DNA of 64,000 nt from Vicugna vicugna (lineage: Eukaryota). Below are positions 1-13,169 of this stretch, one piece after another. The stretch spans positions 2,375,339 through 2,439,338 of the forward strand of contig MU061538.1 in assembly GCA_013265495.1 (NCBI GenBank), written 5' to 3'. The notes under the pieces were generated by a model. The model did not search any database. It was given only the letters and a program-made list of their open reading frames with translations, and was not told where the DNA came from. How positions within the stretch are numbered: position 1 is the first letter of the stretch; the number at the start of each line of letters is the position of its first letter. Both the position numbers and the translations under genes were made by a program.

Positions 1-3000
1 GTGAAACTAGCCAAGTGGGCAGAGTTTTAAAAATCTGAAGTCGGACCCCCCCCCCACATCACACAAGAAGTGGTGTCCTTTGTACCACGCTGGAAAGGAC
101 AGCTGCGCCTGCAAGGGATGTGCATGAGGTCCAAGCAGACTGGACCTCAACTCCGAGACCAGGAGACGCAGCTCAGAGACGGCACCCTCCGCCTGGCGGT
201 CACATGTGTGTCAGGAGGGGACGCCCGACCCCAGGGTGGTGCGCACGCCCCTCTGCTGCCGGCACTCCTAACAAGCAGAGACAGCACGCTCTTCCCTGAG
301 TCCAAACGCCCTCCGCCTCTAACACAGCATTCCAGGCACACGCAGTAGTGAAGAGAAGTTGGCTTATGAAATGGTGGCTGTTTATTCTCCATGTTCCATT
401 CATATTTATGGGGTGGGAAGACTAGAAGGGAGCTGCACAAGATGATGAAAAGAATAGCATTTTTCAAGCTCTTCGCTGCCTCAGGGCCTTTGCACTTGCT
501 GTCCTACGAATGTTGCTGGCTCCCTCTCCTCCATCAAGTCAAAGTCACCTCCTCAAAAGGAAGACCTGACCACCCATCTCAAGTACCCCTCCCCAGGGAC
601 ACTTAACACCAACTCCAAGTGGTTTGGTCACTTTCCCAGCTGCCTCCCCTCCAGCGCCCATCCAAGGCACAAGCATTCAGTCCCATCCCGGGGACAAAAC
701 AGCTAGTTTCCAGGAACATGCATAGGTCTGTTTGTGGAAATCCGATTCATATCTTGGAAATGACTCATCTTCACAGTGGTTGAGGTTGGGGTTTGACCCA
801 ATCTTTCCTGTTTCCACACGCCCCCTCCTTCACAGCCCCAAGAAGGTCTCTGATGGAGAAGAACCTAGAAAAGACTGAGAGGCCCTCCTGGGTGTTTCAG
901 GAAGCCTGAGGCTCTCAGAGGGTCCTGGCATTCGGACCTCTTGGTGGGTAAGAGTTGAAGCAACTGAGAGCTGATTATGAACCAGTGCTTCCCGCAGAAG
1001 GCAAACCAAAATGAAACCAAAACACATATTCACTAAGTTGACTGAAAAGTTTCCAGTGCTGGAAGGACTGATGAGACACCAAGTTACGATTCAGTTAATT
1101 CCGGGAACCGAGGAAATGCACTGATGCCACCGAAACGCGGGTGCATCGCACGAGCCAGAGGATGGATCTTACGGGGCTTCAGGAAGCCTCAGACCCCCAG
1201 GCTGTGGTCTGGCCCTGCCTCTCTGCCTGCCTACGAGGTAAGCCGGGTGGAGACAGGCAAGGGGCCCAGGGTGCACGGCCATGGGTCCGACTAGAGAAAA
1301 GGAAATCTGCAAGGACGAGGGGTCAGCAGAAGCACCAGAGGAACACCTCCACTGCCGAGGGTGAGGCCTGTGCCGTCGGGGAGGCAGCGCCGGGCCTCTG
1401 CTTCCAGGGGCCGGGCAGGGCTCCAGCTGGGCCGGCCCGGCGCCCACATGTCAGTGAAAGAGAACAGAACAGCCTCTTGAGGTTGGCCACAACTCGCTCT
1501 TCTCTCCCCGTGTGGCCTTGGGACTCGCTGTTTCTGACAGCGGTGATCTCGCCTGCTGGTCCTGCAGGAGAGACTCCACGCTGCGGCCGCTGTGCTCTGC
1601 CGCGCCCTGCGAGCCGGGCGGGCCTGGAGTTAACGCAGACTTGCCACCAAACACGGCGTGGCCACTTCCCGGACCTTGGAGCCGCAGCTTTGGGCGGGAG
1701 CGCACATCACGCCCTAAGCGCACGCAGCCTCCACAGACAGCGTCTGAATAGCGAGTCCCTCTGCGCTGACATCCCACCCTCTGCAGAACAGCACCAAGGC
1801 AGCAGACTATTAAATTTAGTTAAATATTAGATTTCTCATTGAATGATTGCCCACACAACTGGTTTTATCAGCAGAGAGCTGGCTGCCCCACAGGGGAGTC
1901 GAGTTAAGCCATTTTATTTGTTCCCATAATTGCATTCCAAGAGGGGAGCAGCTCGGCAGAGGACATAAGAAAAGCCTGGCTTGCTCCCCTAGGGTTCTTC
2001 TTTTGACTTTGGGGCTGTGGGGGCCTCCAGGCTGGAGCATACAAAGGGCCACTCCTTAATTAAATGTGAGCCCCTCTAATATTTGGTGGAATTAGCTATT
2101 ATCAGATCCGGACACAGTGAGGCTGCAGGCTCACGGGGGCCGCCTCCCCGGCTGTGTTCCGGTGGGCGGACGCCGCGTGGCTGTTCTGAGACATTGCTGG
2201 TTCCAGTCATCGGTGGAATCGCCACTGGGCTGAATTTTGGGGAATTAGTGACGAGAAGCCAAGAGGCAGCTGACCCAAAGGAAAGCACTTCTGTCTGCGC
2301 CCTTTCTCCCGTTTCTGCAGGACGTGGGAGGTGGGACTGAACCCGCACAGGGACACGCAGGCTGGGCAGCCCTGCCCTGCCGCCTGCGTCAGCCCGCCCG
2401 CCTGGGTTTCCGGTGCCTCTCGTGCTCCAGTCCTCTCTGGTTGTACTTCAGACAGCTTCCTTTTGTGCGCCTGTCCCCGTGGTGCCAGGACCCTGTCCTC
2501 CCAGTTCAGAGACTGTGACATCCCCGACACCACCCCAGGACTGCGCGGCTCAGACTGGATCCAGGCTTTCCAGATGCCTCCCTCAGCTGGAGACCGCCCT
2601 TCTCCGAACTCCCAACTGTCAGAGTCAGAGTCACACAGTTTGGGTAATAACTGTTCTTTTCGCTGTGTCCATCTTTCTCTCCAGGTGGATTCTAGGCAGT
2701 GTGGAGGCAGGGTGATGTAAGTGCATTCACTCTGGTCCTTTGTGGTATCGGCCGTATGGGCAGGCAAGCAGGGGTCGTGCGGAGGGGCTGTGTGCAGCGT
2801 GGACGGACGCGGCCCCTGCCCTGTCACCTCTGTTCCCCCTCAGGAAGGGGCAACAGTGGGCACTGAGCCGCAGACCTGCCGGCAGCCCTGCCGAGTCCCA
2901 GGAGATGGCAGGGGCTGAGGGAGGCGCCCCCGAGGGGCAAAAGGTGCCATGTGCTTCGTTCACTCCACACTCTACATTAGTCAAACGCCAGCTTGCCCCG

Positions 3001-5847
3001 AACTGCCCGTGTTTTGGCTGAGAATGAGCCGTCTGCAAGCCCGATCACCACTCAGTTCCTTCAGAAGGGCTGCCTGTGTGCGGGGCCTCAGGATCCAGGA
3101 GACTCCTCAGACACACGGGCACTGAGGGCTTGGCGAACCGGCCACACACCTGCCGACACCTCCTGGCATCTCCCGGCCTGTCGTCCCTCCTACCTGTCCT
3201 CAGGAGCCTGACGGGACAGGTGATGCCCCTCAGGGGGGCGTGTCACTCGGAGGAAGACGGGGAGGGGCAGGGGTGGCTCCCAGGCAGAGAGCCGTGTGAG
3301 AAGGGGCCGGGTGCACCCAGCCTGCACCTGGCATCATCACAAAAAAGAACCGCTGTGGCTCCACCCGGCCGTGGAGGCGGTCCCCCGGCAGAAGGAGGTA
3401 GCACACAGAGGCCTGGGCAGGAGTTCCCAGGCAGGAGCCGCGCCGGGCGGCCCACGAGCAGCTGCCGGGCGCTGTGGGCGCCGTCCACACGCCCCCGCAC
3501 TGACCCAACCCGCGGCCACTTTGTCCTGCAGGCGGCGCTGGAGGGGGGAGTCGGGGGCTCACAGCCCTCCCCCGAATTGTGTCCGCACCCCGAGGTCACG
3601 CCCCTTCCACACTCGCCTCAAAGCCGGCAACTACTGACGTGGGTGTGTTGCTTCTCAACCCGTCACATGAGCTGTCGGAACGCTTCGGTCCCAACCACAA
3701 TTACGCTCTTGAGGAGGCGGCTTCTAAGTGATTCCGAGGCACGTCCATGACCCCTGCAGGCTCTGGCTGTAGACAAGATTTTCTAAAGGGAAGGAAGTCA
3801 AGTTTTCCGGGGGCGGCTCTGGGTCAGGGGGCTGAATTCTGCCCTGCTCTGAAATTTGAAATGACTGTTTCAGAGTTTGGTGTCCCTCCTCCACTGCCCA
3901 GGCTGGGCACAAGGCCGAGCTCCTGCCTCACAGGCTGTGACGAGGGGACATGAGATTAGACACGGAGAATCTACAGCCGCACAGCCATGACCAGGGCTCT
4001 GCGGTGTGGCCGCGCTCACCACTGCTGCCACCATCACTCCCAGGCCTCCAGCCTTCCTCCGGGCCCCAAACCAGTCTTGTCTCCCTGAGATATTCAGGAT
4101 GCATCCCCGTGTAGGACCAGCACCCGTGGCGTGGGCCTGGCGGGGCCCGGATCTCGCAGGACCACAGGCAGGGCAGTCTGTGCAGGTGGGGACGAACACC
4201 ATCTGCCTACATGACGCTCCTGGAATTTTTCCAGTGGGGCCCCGTGGCCAGCCAGGCCTGAGCGCGACTTTTCACCCATGAAGAGCAGAGCCAGTGTGAC
4301 ATACACCTGAGGCCCGAAGGCTGGTCTGAGAGCCATCTGGCCCTGCAGGCGACGCACCCTGATCCGAGTGCGGGCAGAGGCGCCGGGAGGCTTCGATGGG
4401 CCCATCGCACCTCAGCCAGGCCCAGGCCCTGGGCGCTGACAGCACCCCTCACCCGAGAGGGGCCCACCCAGTCTGACAGACAAACCAAAACCTGAGGGCA
4501 TTCTGTTCTGGGGGGATGAAGCTGGGGACGAGACAGGCCAGGAGGCCCCGTGGGCCGAAATCAGACGCGTCAGAAGTTAAACACACAAAGGAAACCCCCG
4601 CAGGCTTCCCAGCGCCGATGCCCAGAGGCTGGCTCAGCTCTGGGTTTGACTTGCTATCAGGACCTGCAACTTCCAGCTCTAATTTCCCAGGTGGCTCAGG
4701 CTTGGGGTCCAGGGTGGGGTCTGCCGCTCAGATCACTATTTGCAAGTCAGAGTCTCCTTGAGACCCAGCCCGGTGACTGGCACCTGCCCAGCATGAGGCC
4801 CACGGCCAGGCTGAATGACTGAAGAATGAACATTCTAGTTAGACTTTTAAACCCCTGAGCTCACTGGAGCATCCCCTGTGCGACCGACTTCTCGCTGTTT
4901 TCCGTCTCTCCCTTCCTCCCTCTTCCTGCTTCTTCCCGCTTTCTCCTCTTGTTGAGATTATCTGCTCCTGAACAGTCAGAATTCCAGAAGAAGCAGTCTG
5001 AGCAGTCAGGATTCTCGCCACTTGAACCTCGATTTTCTTTCCTGGGGCGGGGCTGAGGCTGCATGTGCTTCCTCGCGGGGTCACGGGCGGGGGGCAAGGA
5101 TGGAGGTGGACGGGCTTCGTCACGCACCAGCTGACTGTACCCATGGTGATCGTAACCCCCAGAAGTGGGGTGCCAAGGCCTTGGGGTCTGGCACCTGCCA
5201 CACACACAGAGGGTGGGGATTTCGGGTTATTCCCAGATAGGGGAGCCGGGGGGCGCTCCGTTGAGGGCTGACAACCAGGCAGGACCGACGTACATAGTTT
5301 TTGCAGAAGACAATAAGCTGGGAGAAAGGACAGGCCTCGCCCCGTGAACTGTGTGACGTGGAGCAGAGACCGCAGCCCCGGGGGCGCCGGCTTCCAGACT
5401 TCAAAACGAAGAGGCTTGATTTGTTGCCTGACATCAATTTACTCTAAAACCTCTGATTCCCAGAACAAAATGGGTCCTTCGTTTTCTGCCCTGAGCCCCG
5501 GGGTGCACAGCGTCCCACACTCCCAGTGTCGTCAACTAGTAAGTCACCACTGGGCAGGCATCCGCCCATCGTTCCAAAAATGGGCACCTGTTACTGAGAA
5601 TCAAATTATTTTTTGGTCATTTTAATGATAAGCAAAAGTTCAATTCTTCTCCTGACCAAAAGTATAAAGATTCTCTTTTGCTGTGCCCGTTTGGGATTGA
5701 AATACATTTTTTAGGAACTAGGATGTGGGGTTAAGCTCATGTTCTTAAACTGGGGTCCACAGACATACAGTCAGCCTCAGTTGCTTTTCCTTTAGACAGT
5801 GTCTGCTTATTGTTCAGGTCTGGAAGACACTCGATTACCAGACGCTC

Positions 5848-5965
5848 GCTTGGGCAGCAGAGGGGTGTGAGCACACCTGCCAGGGGTGCTCGGGCAGCAG
5901 AGGGGTGTGAGCGCACCCGCCGGGGTGCTCGGGCAGCAGAGGGGTGTGAGCGCATCCGCCAGGGT
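5848..5965. repeat. Minisatellite, 3 copies of a 39-40 bp unit
   Basis: gctcgggcagcagaggggtgtgagcgcacccgccggggt-like units start at 5848, 5888 and 5927. Confidence 0.92.
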
Positions 5966-7191
5966 CAGGGCAGCAGGCGCTGGTCTGCAGCTGCAGACAG
6001 ACTTGGGACAAAGGAGCAGTGAAGCAGAAGTGTGGGGACACAGCCCCAGAGGGGCAGCGGAAAGCAGACGGAGGGCGAGGTTTGTGTGAAACTGGTGAGG
6101 GGAGGGCGGGGGAGCGCCCTGCAGCCTTGCTGGGTGAGGGGACAGCGGTGGGTCCCTCATCACTTTAGCTCCAGCCAGCTGCAAACCTTGTGCTTCTGCG
6201 TTTGGGGCTGGGCCACGATGGGCAGCAGGAAACCCATTTCTCTGATATGATACTTTCCACAGAGATGTCTCAGAGAAGCAGCTGTTTTCCACAGCAGTGC
6301 AGGGAAAATGAAGACAATAATTTAAAAAAAAAACCCAGGGTAACCTGCACTCAAATCCCTGCCACATCTGAAGGACCCTGACAATCTTCTCTGAAGCCTT
6401 AGGTCCAGGTCGGTCTATTCCTGCAGGTCGGCTGGGACCGCGTCCCTGGGTTTGGCAAGGGCCCAGAACTCAAAGCCGTCACTAATTAATGTGTTAAGTC
6501 TTCATGGCTTCTCCTGGACGTCTGCGTGAATCATTGCACTTTCTGTCTTGTGTCTTCATGTCTTTTATGTCCTAAGTGGTTCTAAGCCCTTTAAGTGCAG
6601 GTTCAGGTGTCAGATCTTAGGCGTCTACACCAGCCCCTCTCCCCTGTGTGGTCCCCCCTCCTACTGGCTCCTGCTGGCCCTGGTGCTCGCAGCCACAGTC
6701 AGAGAATCTTTGTTGGTGGGGTCCCCCTTTTGGGGACCTGTCTTAGTCCTGGACCTTCATGGTCCGGTACACGGGAACTCTCTCACAAGCTCGCTCAGAG
6801 CAAAGGAACCAACACGAAAACGGCCAGTAATTACCCACGAGATCACTCCTCTCAGGGACTTGCCTCCTGGATTCGGTCTCCTTCCCCTTTCCTGCGACGG
6901 TGGCCGGGACCCCGTCAGTCTCCCCTCCTTCCCAGGCACGCGGACCCTCGTGCCGTCGGGGGCCCACGTGAGGGAGGTCGGGCAGATGGGGCTGTGCCAC
7001 TTCGAGGTCTCGACACAAAAATCCCACAAAGTCTTCTCATTTTCCCTCTTCCCACCCACAGGGCCACAAGCCCGGCCCTTGGAGAGCCTGGGGCCACACT
7101 CTGGAAGGAACCTGCAGTCCCGGCCCCCCCCTCCCCGGAGCGCCAGGAGGACCCGCCTGCACTCTGCGCGGGTGGAATGGAGCCCGTGCTC

Positions 7192-7609
7192 TGCTGTGTG
7201 TTGGCTGGAATCGTGTCCCCACAAAAGACGCTGAAGCCCCGGCCCTCAGGACCTGTGAGGGTGACCTCGTCTGGAAATGGGGTCTTTGCGGAGCAAGTCA
7301 AGTTAGACTGAGGCCATGGATGGGCCCTGATCCAATGTGACTGGTGTCCTCGTGAGACGGGTCGATGTGGACACAGACCTGCACACACGAAGCCGGAGAG
7401 ACCGGGCAATGTCTCCTAAGCCAAGGACGCTAAAGGCGGCCAGCCAGCCCGCAGTCGCTGGGAGGGCCAGGACAGCTTCTCCCACCAGCCTCAGAAGGAA
7501 GACCCCTGCAGACCCTGTGAGCTGGGACCCGCACCTCAGAACCGGGCACAGCACACTTCGCCGTTGTAAGCCCCTTGTGGGCTCCCGCAGCCCCCAGAAG
7601 CCACACACA
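7192..7609 (+). mobile_element. MaLR solo LTR (MLT1-type)
   Basis: MLT1-like start (gaatcgtgtcccc), tggaaatggggtctttgc, tccaatgtgactggtgtcctc, aagccaagga, cagcctcagaagga and gtaagcc motifs. Confidence 0.8.
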
Positions 7610-9426
7610 GAGCCACTGAGATCGCGGTGGTGGTCAGGGCAGCTGTCATCACTCAGTGATGGCCTCCTGACTTTGAGGTGGCGGGGAGCCCAGATCAAAG
7701 ACACTACCCAGCGCTCCTGGCAGCCAGGCCCGGACGCACGGCTGAGTCAACCAGGGAGATGGAAGCAGAAGTGTCGGCGGCTCCTCAGGAAGACAGCGGA
7801 GGGACTGCCCCCATCACCGGAGTCACCCGTGTGTGTGACCCTTTCTCTGTCTTCCAGCCTAGAGTGCAGGTGCGAGGCCACTCTGCACTACGAAGCACCC
7901 TGGAGGGTGACAGCTACATGCTGACATGCGCTGGGCGGGGCAGGTGGGGGGGTGACAATTACGAAGTGGCCACTGCAGCCCTGAGCGGCACATGGAGGGA
8001 AATGCCTTCCGCCCAGTTTGAACAGCTGCTACCTGGAGTTTCCTGTCACACTTGCCCAAATGCAAACCCAACGGATGTAAGAGATTTCCATATTTTAAAA
8101 GAAGCCTTCGCGCAGGTGTGCGTCCCGGCCCGTGGGGAAGGCTCTGCGAGGCTATTTCCGGCACCTGCTGGGTGGGGGGGATGAGCGGGGAGCGTCTTCC
8201 TGGCGCCGCTCAAGCCACCGCGTCTGAGCTCAGTCAGACCCCAAACACAAACACCCGTGTTCTCTGGGCCGGTGGGTACCACACCAGCACAGCTGCAGTC
8301 ATCACTCACCTTCCAACTTACTTTGGTGGCTTACGTCAAACGTCCAAACAATTCTGACGTCCTGTTCTGCACTGAGAACTATAAACGCAGAAACAGGCAA
8401 AGCCAGGAGGAAGCGCCTCCCGAGGCTGAACTAGGCTCCGGAGCTCGACTCTTAACATACGCGGAGGCTTGGAAAGCAAAGGTGACGGGAGAGAACGCCA
8501 CACGCTGTCACAGGACGTGAGTGCTGTCCTGTCCTGTCAGCCAGCGCTCAGCTGAGAGGAAGCACTAGGGTGTCCCCTGCAGGTCTGCTGTGACATGTCA
8601 CGGAGAGGAACGGGACACCCCGTGCAAGGCAGCCTCCTCCCGGGAGCTACTGCTGCTCACCTCCCGTCCCCCTGGTCCCGTCCCCCTGGTCCCATCCCTT
8701 TGCTGCTGGGAGTGCAGCACGGGAGGGCGGGCCACCTGCAGACAGACGCTTCTTCAAAACACCGCTGTCGGGAGCGGTGCCGCAGACTACGGCCCACGGC
8801 ACGGCCTGGGCTGCCTGGCTCCCGCAGCTCCCGCCAACAGTGGGAGGAGGTGGACGCTCGGCTGCCCAGGAGAGCTGGGCAGCTTCTCAGGCTCGGGGGC
8901 GGCAAGTCCTGCCCTGCTGGAGGGCCCTGGCAAAGCTCTCCTGAGCTCTCTCAAGAGCGCCGCACGGACCCCCTGTGTTTCTTTATCTTATAAATAGAAC
9001 AAATGAAATATTGTATTGGTGTGTTCAGACATGTCTGAGATACACACCTTTTTCATTTTCACTCACACGTGGTGGGCCTTAGGAGAATGACGGTGACTTT
9101 ATCCAGCGTGTGGGAACAGGGGGAGGTCACTGCTGGGGTAGCACAGAGCTCAGTGCACTGTTTTGGAAACTTCCTATGAATTGGCAATTTAAAAACTAGA
9201 TGTGACCCACTTAAGAAAGCCATCACTTAAATACTTTCACTTCTTTGGAGAGTCCTGTTACTCTGTCCAAGTCATGGGGTTAACCCCGTGCCTACCTTTT
9301 AAGAACGCAGTTTGCCTTTCAGCCACATTCAGGCCTGGATGTGATCACGGTTAAGGATTCTGAGGCCCAAGAGCAGGAAAATGTCCCACGAGCCTCCACC
9401 CCCTCCCTCTGTTCCCACATGCTGCC

Positions 9427-9797
9427 TGTAGTGTGAGCACCGCAGTGTGATCACTGTACTGCAGTGACAGCGGTGTGACAACCATGGCACAATAATTGTG
9501 GTGTGATAATGACTGTAGTCACCGTAGTGGAACGGCTGTAGTGTGATGGCTGCGATGCGATGACTGTACTGTGACAGCTGTAGTGTGATGACTGTAGCGT
9601 GCTCACTGCAGTGTGATGACTGCGGTGTGCTGACTGTGGTGTGATGGCTGTAGCATAGTCACTGTAGTGAGATGGCTGTAGTGTGATGGCTATGGTGTGA
9701 TGACTGTAGGGTAGTCACTGTAGTGTGATGACTAGTGTGATGGCTGTAGTGTGATGACTGAGGTGCGATGACTATAGTGTGATGACTGAGGTGTGAT
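9427..9797. repeat. Degenerate tandem array of about 14-bp units (ctgtagtgtgatg[a/g])
   Basis: gtgtgatgactgta / gtgtgatggctgta recur many times with shorter interruptions. Confidence 0.9.
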
Positions 9798-11483
9798 CGC
9801 TCTAGTACAATATCTAGACAGGACACCGACGTTGGTGCAATGCAGGAACCGTACATTTCACCCAATTTTCATCAGGCTACAGGTTTTTAAGGAGGAAAAA
9901 ACTTCATAAAATATTAGGAAATTATCTATGTACTCTTAAGTTTTAACAGACATTCAAAATGAATAATACACATCTTTAAAGAAAAAAAATTTCCCTAGTT
10001 GATGGTGTATGAAAAGTTTCTGTTTTTTAAAGTGAAAACTACAGCTAAGATGAAGAACTTTAAAAGAGGCCTATTGCGCTGGGGGGGTGTCTGCAGCCCC
10101 TCCGGGCTGTGCCCTGTTTGGGGGTCCACCCGCCCTGGCGGGCCGGCCTCCTCGTGGGCTCTCCACGCCCTCCGCCCACGGGTGAGCAGCACAGACCATT
10201 GCTCTCCAGCCCTGGGGGTCCCTGCCTCTCTCGGACATATGGCCAGACCCCCAAATCTCACTGCCCCCAGGACGGTCTCAGCTGTGCTGGAGCAGAGGCC
10301 GGAGGCCGGGCGCCTCTCCTGACCTAGAGAACTTGCCCCCGAGCCCGGGGAGGATGCTAGAAGGACGCGCCCTGCCGGCCCCCCATCCGTGTACCCATGG
10401 GTGTCACACGAGGATTCTGAGCGGCCTTCATATCCATCCTGGCGTCCGTTTTGGTGGGCCTTTTTTTCTTTGCATTTAAATTATTTATTTACTTCTGACT
10501 GTATCACTGCTTACCTTTAGTTCCGGGCGTCCAGCAATGATCTGACAGTTTTGCAGAATATTAGCGTTACCTGGGAATATTTCTAAATACCACCTCTTTA
10601 AATCTGTTTTATCCACTTTTGGACACTTTAACCACTTTTTAACCCGTGTCTGAATGCTTCTGGAGCTCTCCTTTTCAAGACTCTCCTCTAACCGGCTCTC
10701 CTCGGGGAACCCCTGAAACTCTCCACTGAGATAAGAGGCAAATGGCTTCCTGTGGGGACTGCAAAGGCCGCCCTGGGGCCCGACTCCCTGTGCAGAGGGG
10801 GGGACACTGAGCAGGGTCCTGCCAGGGACGGCGGTACCCAAGGGGGTGGCACTGTGGGAAGGAGTGGGGGACCAAGGAAAGTAAAGGCTCAGGATTCCTC
10901 GTGCACTCGGGCAGAGTAAGGCTGAGAAAGGGACCAGGTCAAGCTCTCTACTTCGCAGCCTGATGGAGGGTCTGCCTGGGACTGCAACATCATTTCCATT
11001 TTTTTGCGTAAATACACACGTACACACGTCTACCCCAGAGTGCGTGGGGCCCTCAAGAGCCCCTGGAAAGTTTCCAGCAGCTGCATGAATGTGAAGCCCC
11101 CGCCTCACATCAGTGCCATGACGATGCCCCCAGACCCACAGAGACATGTGCTCAGAGCGCCCAGGGGCCCTGCCCCAGTGCGAGGGTCCAGAGGAGGGAG
11201 GATGTGGGCAGGGCCGGGCCTCAGGAGCCCACGCTGGCCGCTCTGGTCACGGGGCTGTGTGCCCGGCTCAGCGTCGTAGACGAGGCCTTGGCACCGGTGG
11301 GGTCGGGGACCTCCACTTCCATCATGCTAACCAGCGTGGGTGGTGGCGGGGTTGACTCTGAGCCACCAGGACATGGCCCATCCCTGTCTCCAAACAGACT
11401 GTGTGCCTGGGTGAGCTCGCACAGTTCTGCTTCTTTCCTCCCGAGTCGCAGCGAGATTTCAGAAAAGACCAAAAAGCACTTAC

Positions 11484-11531
11484 TTTTCTTGTCTGTGGTG
11501 TTGTGTACGGTCACCGTGGGGACCCCAGGAC
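11484..11531 (-). CDS. DPP6: DPP6 coding exon (exon 17 equivalent), 48 nt, phase 1 to 1
   Basis: Acceptor tctcttctctacccgacgcag|GTCCTGGG, donor AGAAAA|gtaagt; encodes (G)PGVPTVTVHNTTDKK(K). Phase matches the exon at 36267-36385 across a 24.7-kb intron. Confidence 0.95.
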
Positions 11532-13169
11532 CTGCGTCGGGTAGAGAAGAGAGACCAGAGGAGAAACAGAAAGAACAGGTTAGTTTGGCTGAAAACAAAA
11601 GAGAACCAAGTCTTCGTGACATCTGCTCGTGGGGACCCTGCACACGTGGCTCCGCGGGAGAGCCACCAAGGACGGACAGCAGGGGCCAGGCCCCTGGGGT
11701 CAGGGCGTGCCTTCCTAACACTGTGCTCCAATGCGCCCAGTTAGAAGCGTGCGTTTTTAGATCATTCTAATGACATACAGCATCGTTGCACAAGGCAGTC
11801 CATTTGGTCCAGACCCCAACAACCTACTTTTGACTCTCCAGACACAGCCCCACGTGGCCGTCGTTGGCAGGAACAGGGGGCGGTCACTCGAGCCTCGGTC
11901 CCAAGCCACCTTCCAAGCCGCTTTGCTGGCTGCTCCTGCAGGAAGCCATCCCCTCCACTGGGCTCCCGTGACACGCGGTAAGAACCTTCCAGTGTAGCAG
12001 GATTATGCTGCAAACACTCAGTTGTGTTTCAGCTTCCAGCCCCGAGGCCGTCCCGAGGCGGACGGCCCTGAGGGGGTCGCGCAACCACAGCCCAGGCCCA
12101 GCAGGCTGGGCAGCGGGAGTCCAGTCTACCGGTCGACCTCGCTCTTCTCTGTAGCAAAGGAGAGTCCAGAAAGGAGAGGAGGCCTTTCTAAGCCCTTTCT
12201 CCTGTACTTTGAACGTATATTCAGAGGCAGGCGTGGTGGTGTCTCTGACCGCATCTGGGCCCTGGGGACACCAGGGCACCACTGACTGTCTCTCTGTCTG
12301 GGTCTCTGTCCCCAGACACTGACGTGGCTCGTCCCCGTCTTCATTAGGTCTCTGCTCAAGGCTTCCCGCAGCCACCCAGCGGAAAAGGACCCCTGCACGC
12401 CCGTCCCGCCGGCCTCCACCCGGGGCCGGCTCTTCCCCGAGCTCCGCGCGGACCGAGACCCCAGAAAACCCCCGTGGCGTGGATCTGCAGGCTATCTGCG
12501 CGCTGCCCCTTTCAGCTGCACTGGAACACGCAGGAAGAAACTCTGAAAACCTGTCTGGTTCACTGCCGTTCTTTCCAGCGTCTGGAACAGTGTTCGGCAC
12601 GCAGCTGGGGCTGGATTACACCTTTGAGGAGCGAATGCTGAATGAACGACCAGAAACCCGACGGGGGAGGGCCGCCCTTGGGCCCCGGGGACTCAGGAGG
12701 ACGAGGGGAGAGAGGGGAGAGGAGGTAGGTGGGAGGCCGGTGGGCAGAGCGAGCCAGATCCGTCCTGGGGCCACCCAGGCTCCAGGGCTGTTCCTCGGCT
12801 TCAGGCCGGGGGCTCCGGGGTGCTGTGAGCCCACGGGGGTGGTGCGTTGAGCTGGAGGAGACGCGCTGCTCAGTGGCTTCCCTGGAATCATCACCAGGCT
12901 TCCTGCCGCCTCATGGGCCGTGCGACAAGGGAGCTGAGAGCCAGGGGGCTGCGGGCTGGACATCCTAGCCCAGGGCCCAGAGAGTGTGTGGCAGGAAAGC
13001 AATGGGTCTGAGGTGCCGCTGAGGGGTGAGATGCCCCGTGGGTCACACCAGCCATGGACCTCGTGGCCTGCCCACTGCCCAGGCTGGGGCCCAGACACCA
13101 TCCAGTGCACATCCAGGGTCTAGGGGTCCCATCCCCCATCATGTGCCCCTTCCCCACTCTCCCACAGCT

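Noticed and set aside
1-11483. DPP6 exon 18 (MFDLETNEHV...)
   Set aside because: Not found by eye in this interval; presumably before position 1.
11221-11483. Open read-through from exon 17 into the intron, suggesting an alternative C-terminus of about 87 aa
   Set aside because: The exon 17 donor is a consensus gtaagt and the extension looks like random GC-rich translation; there is no supporting evidence.
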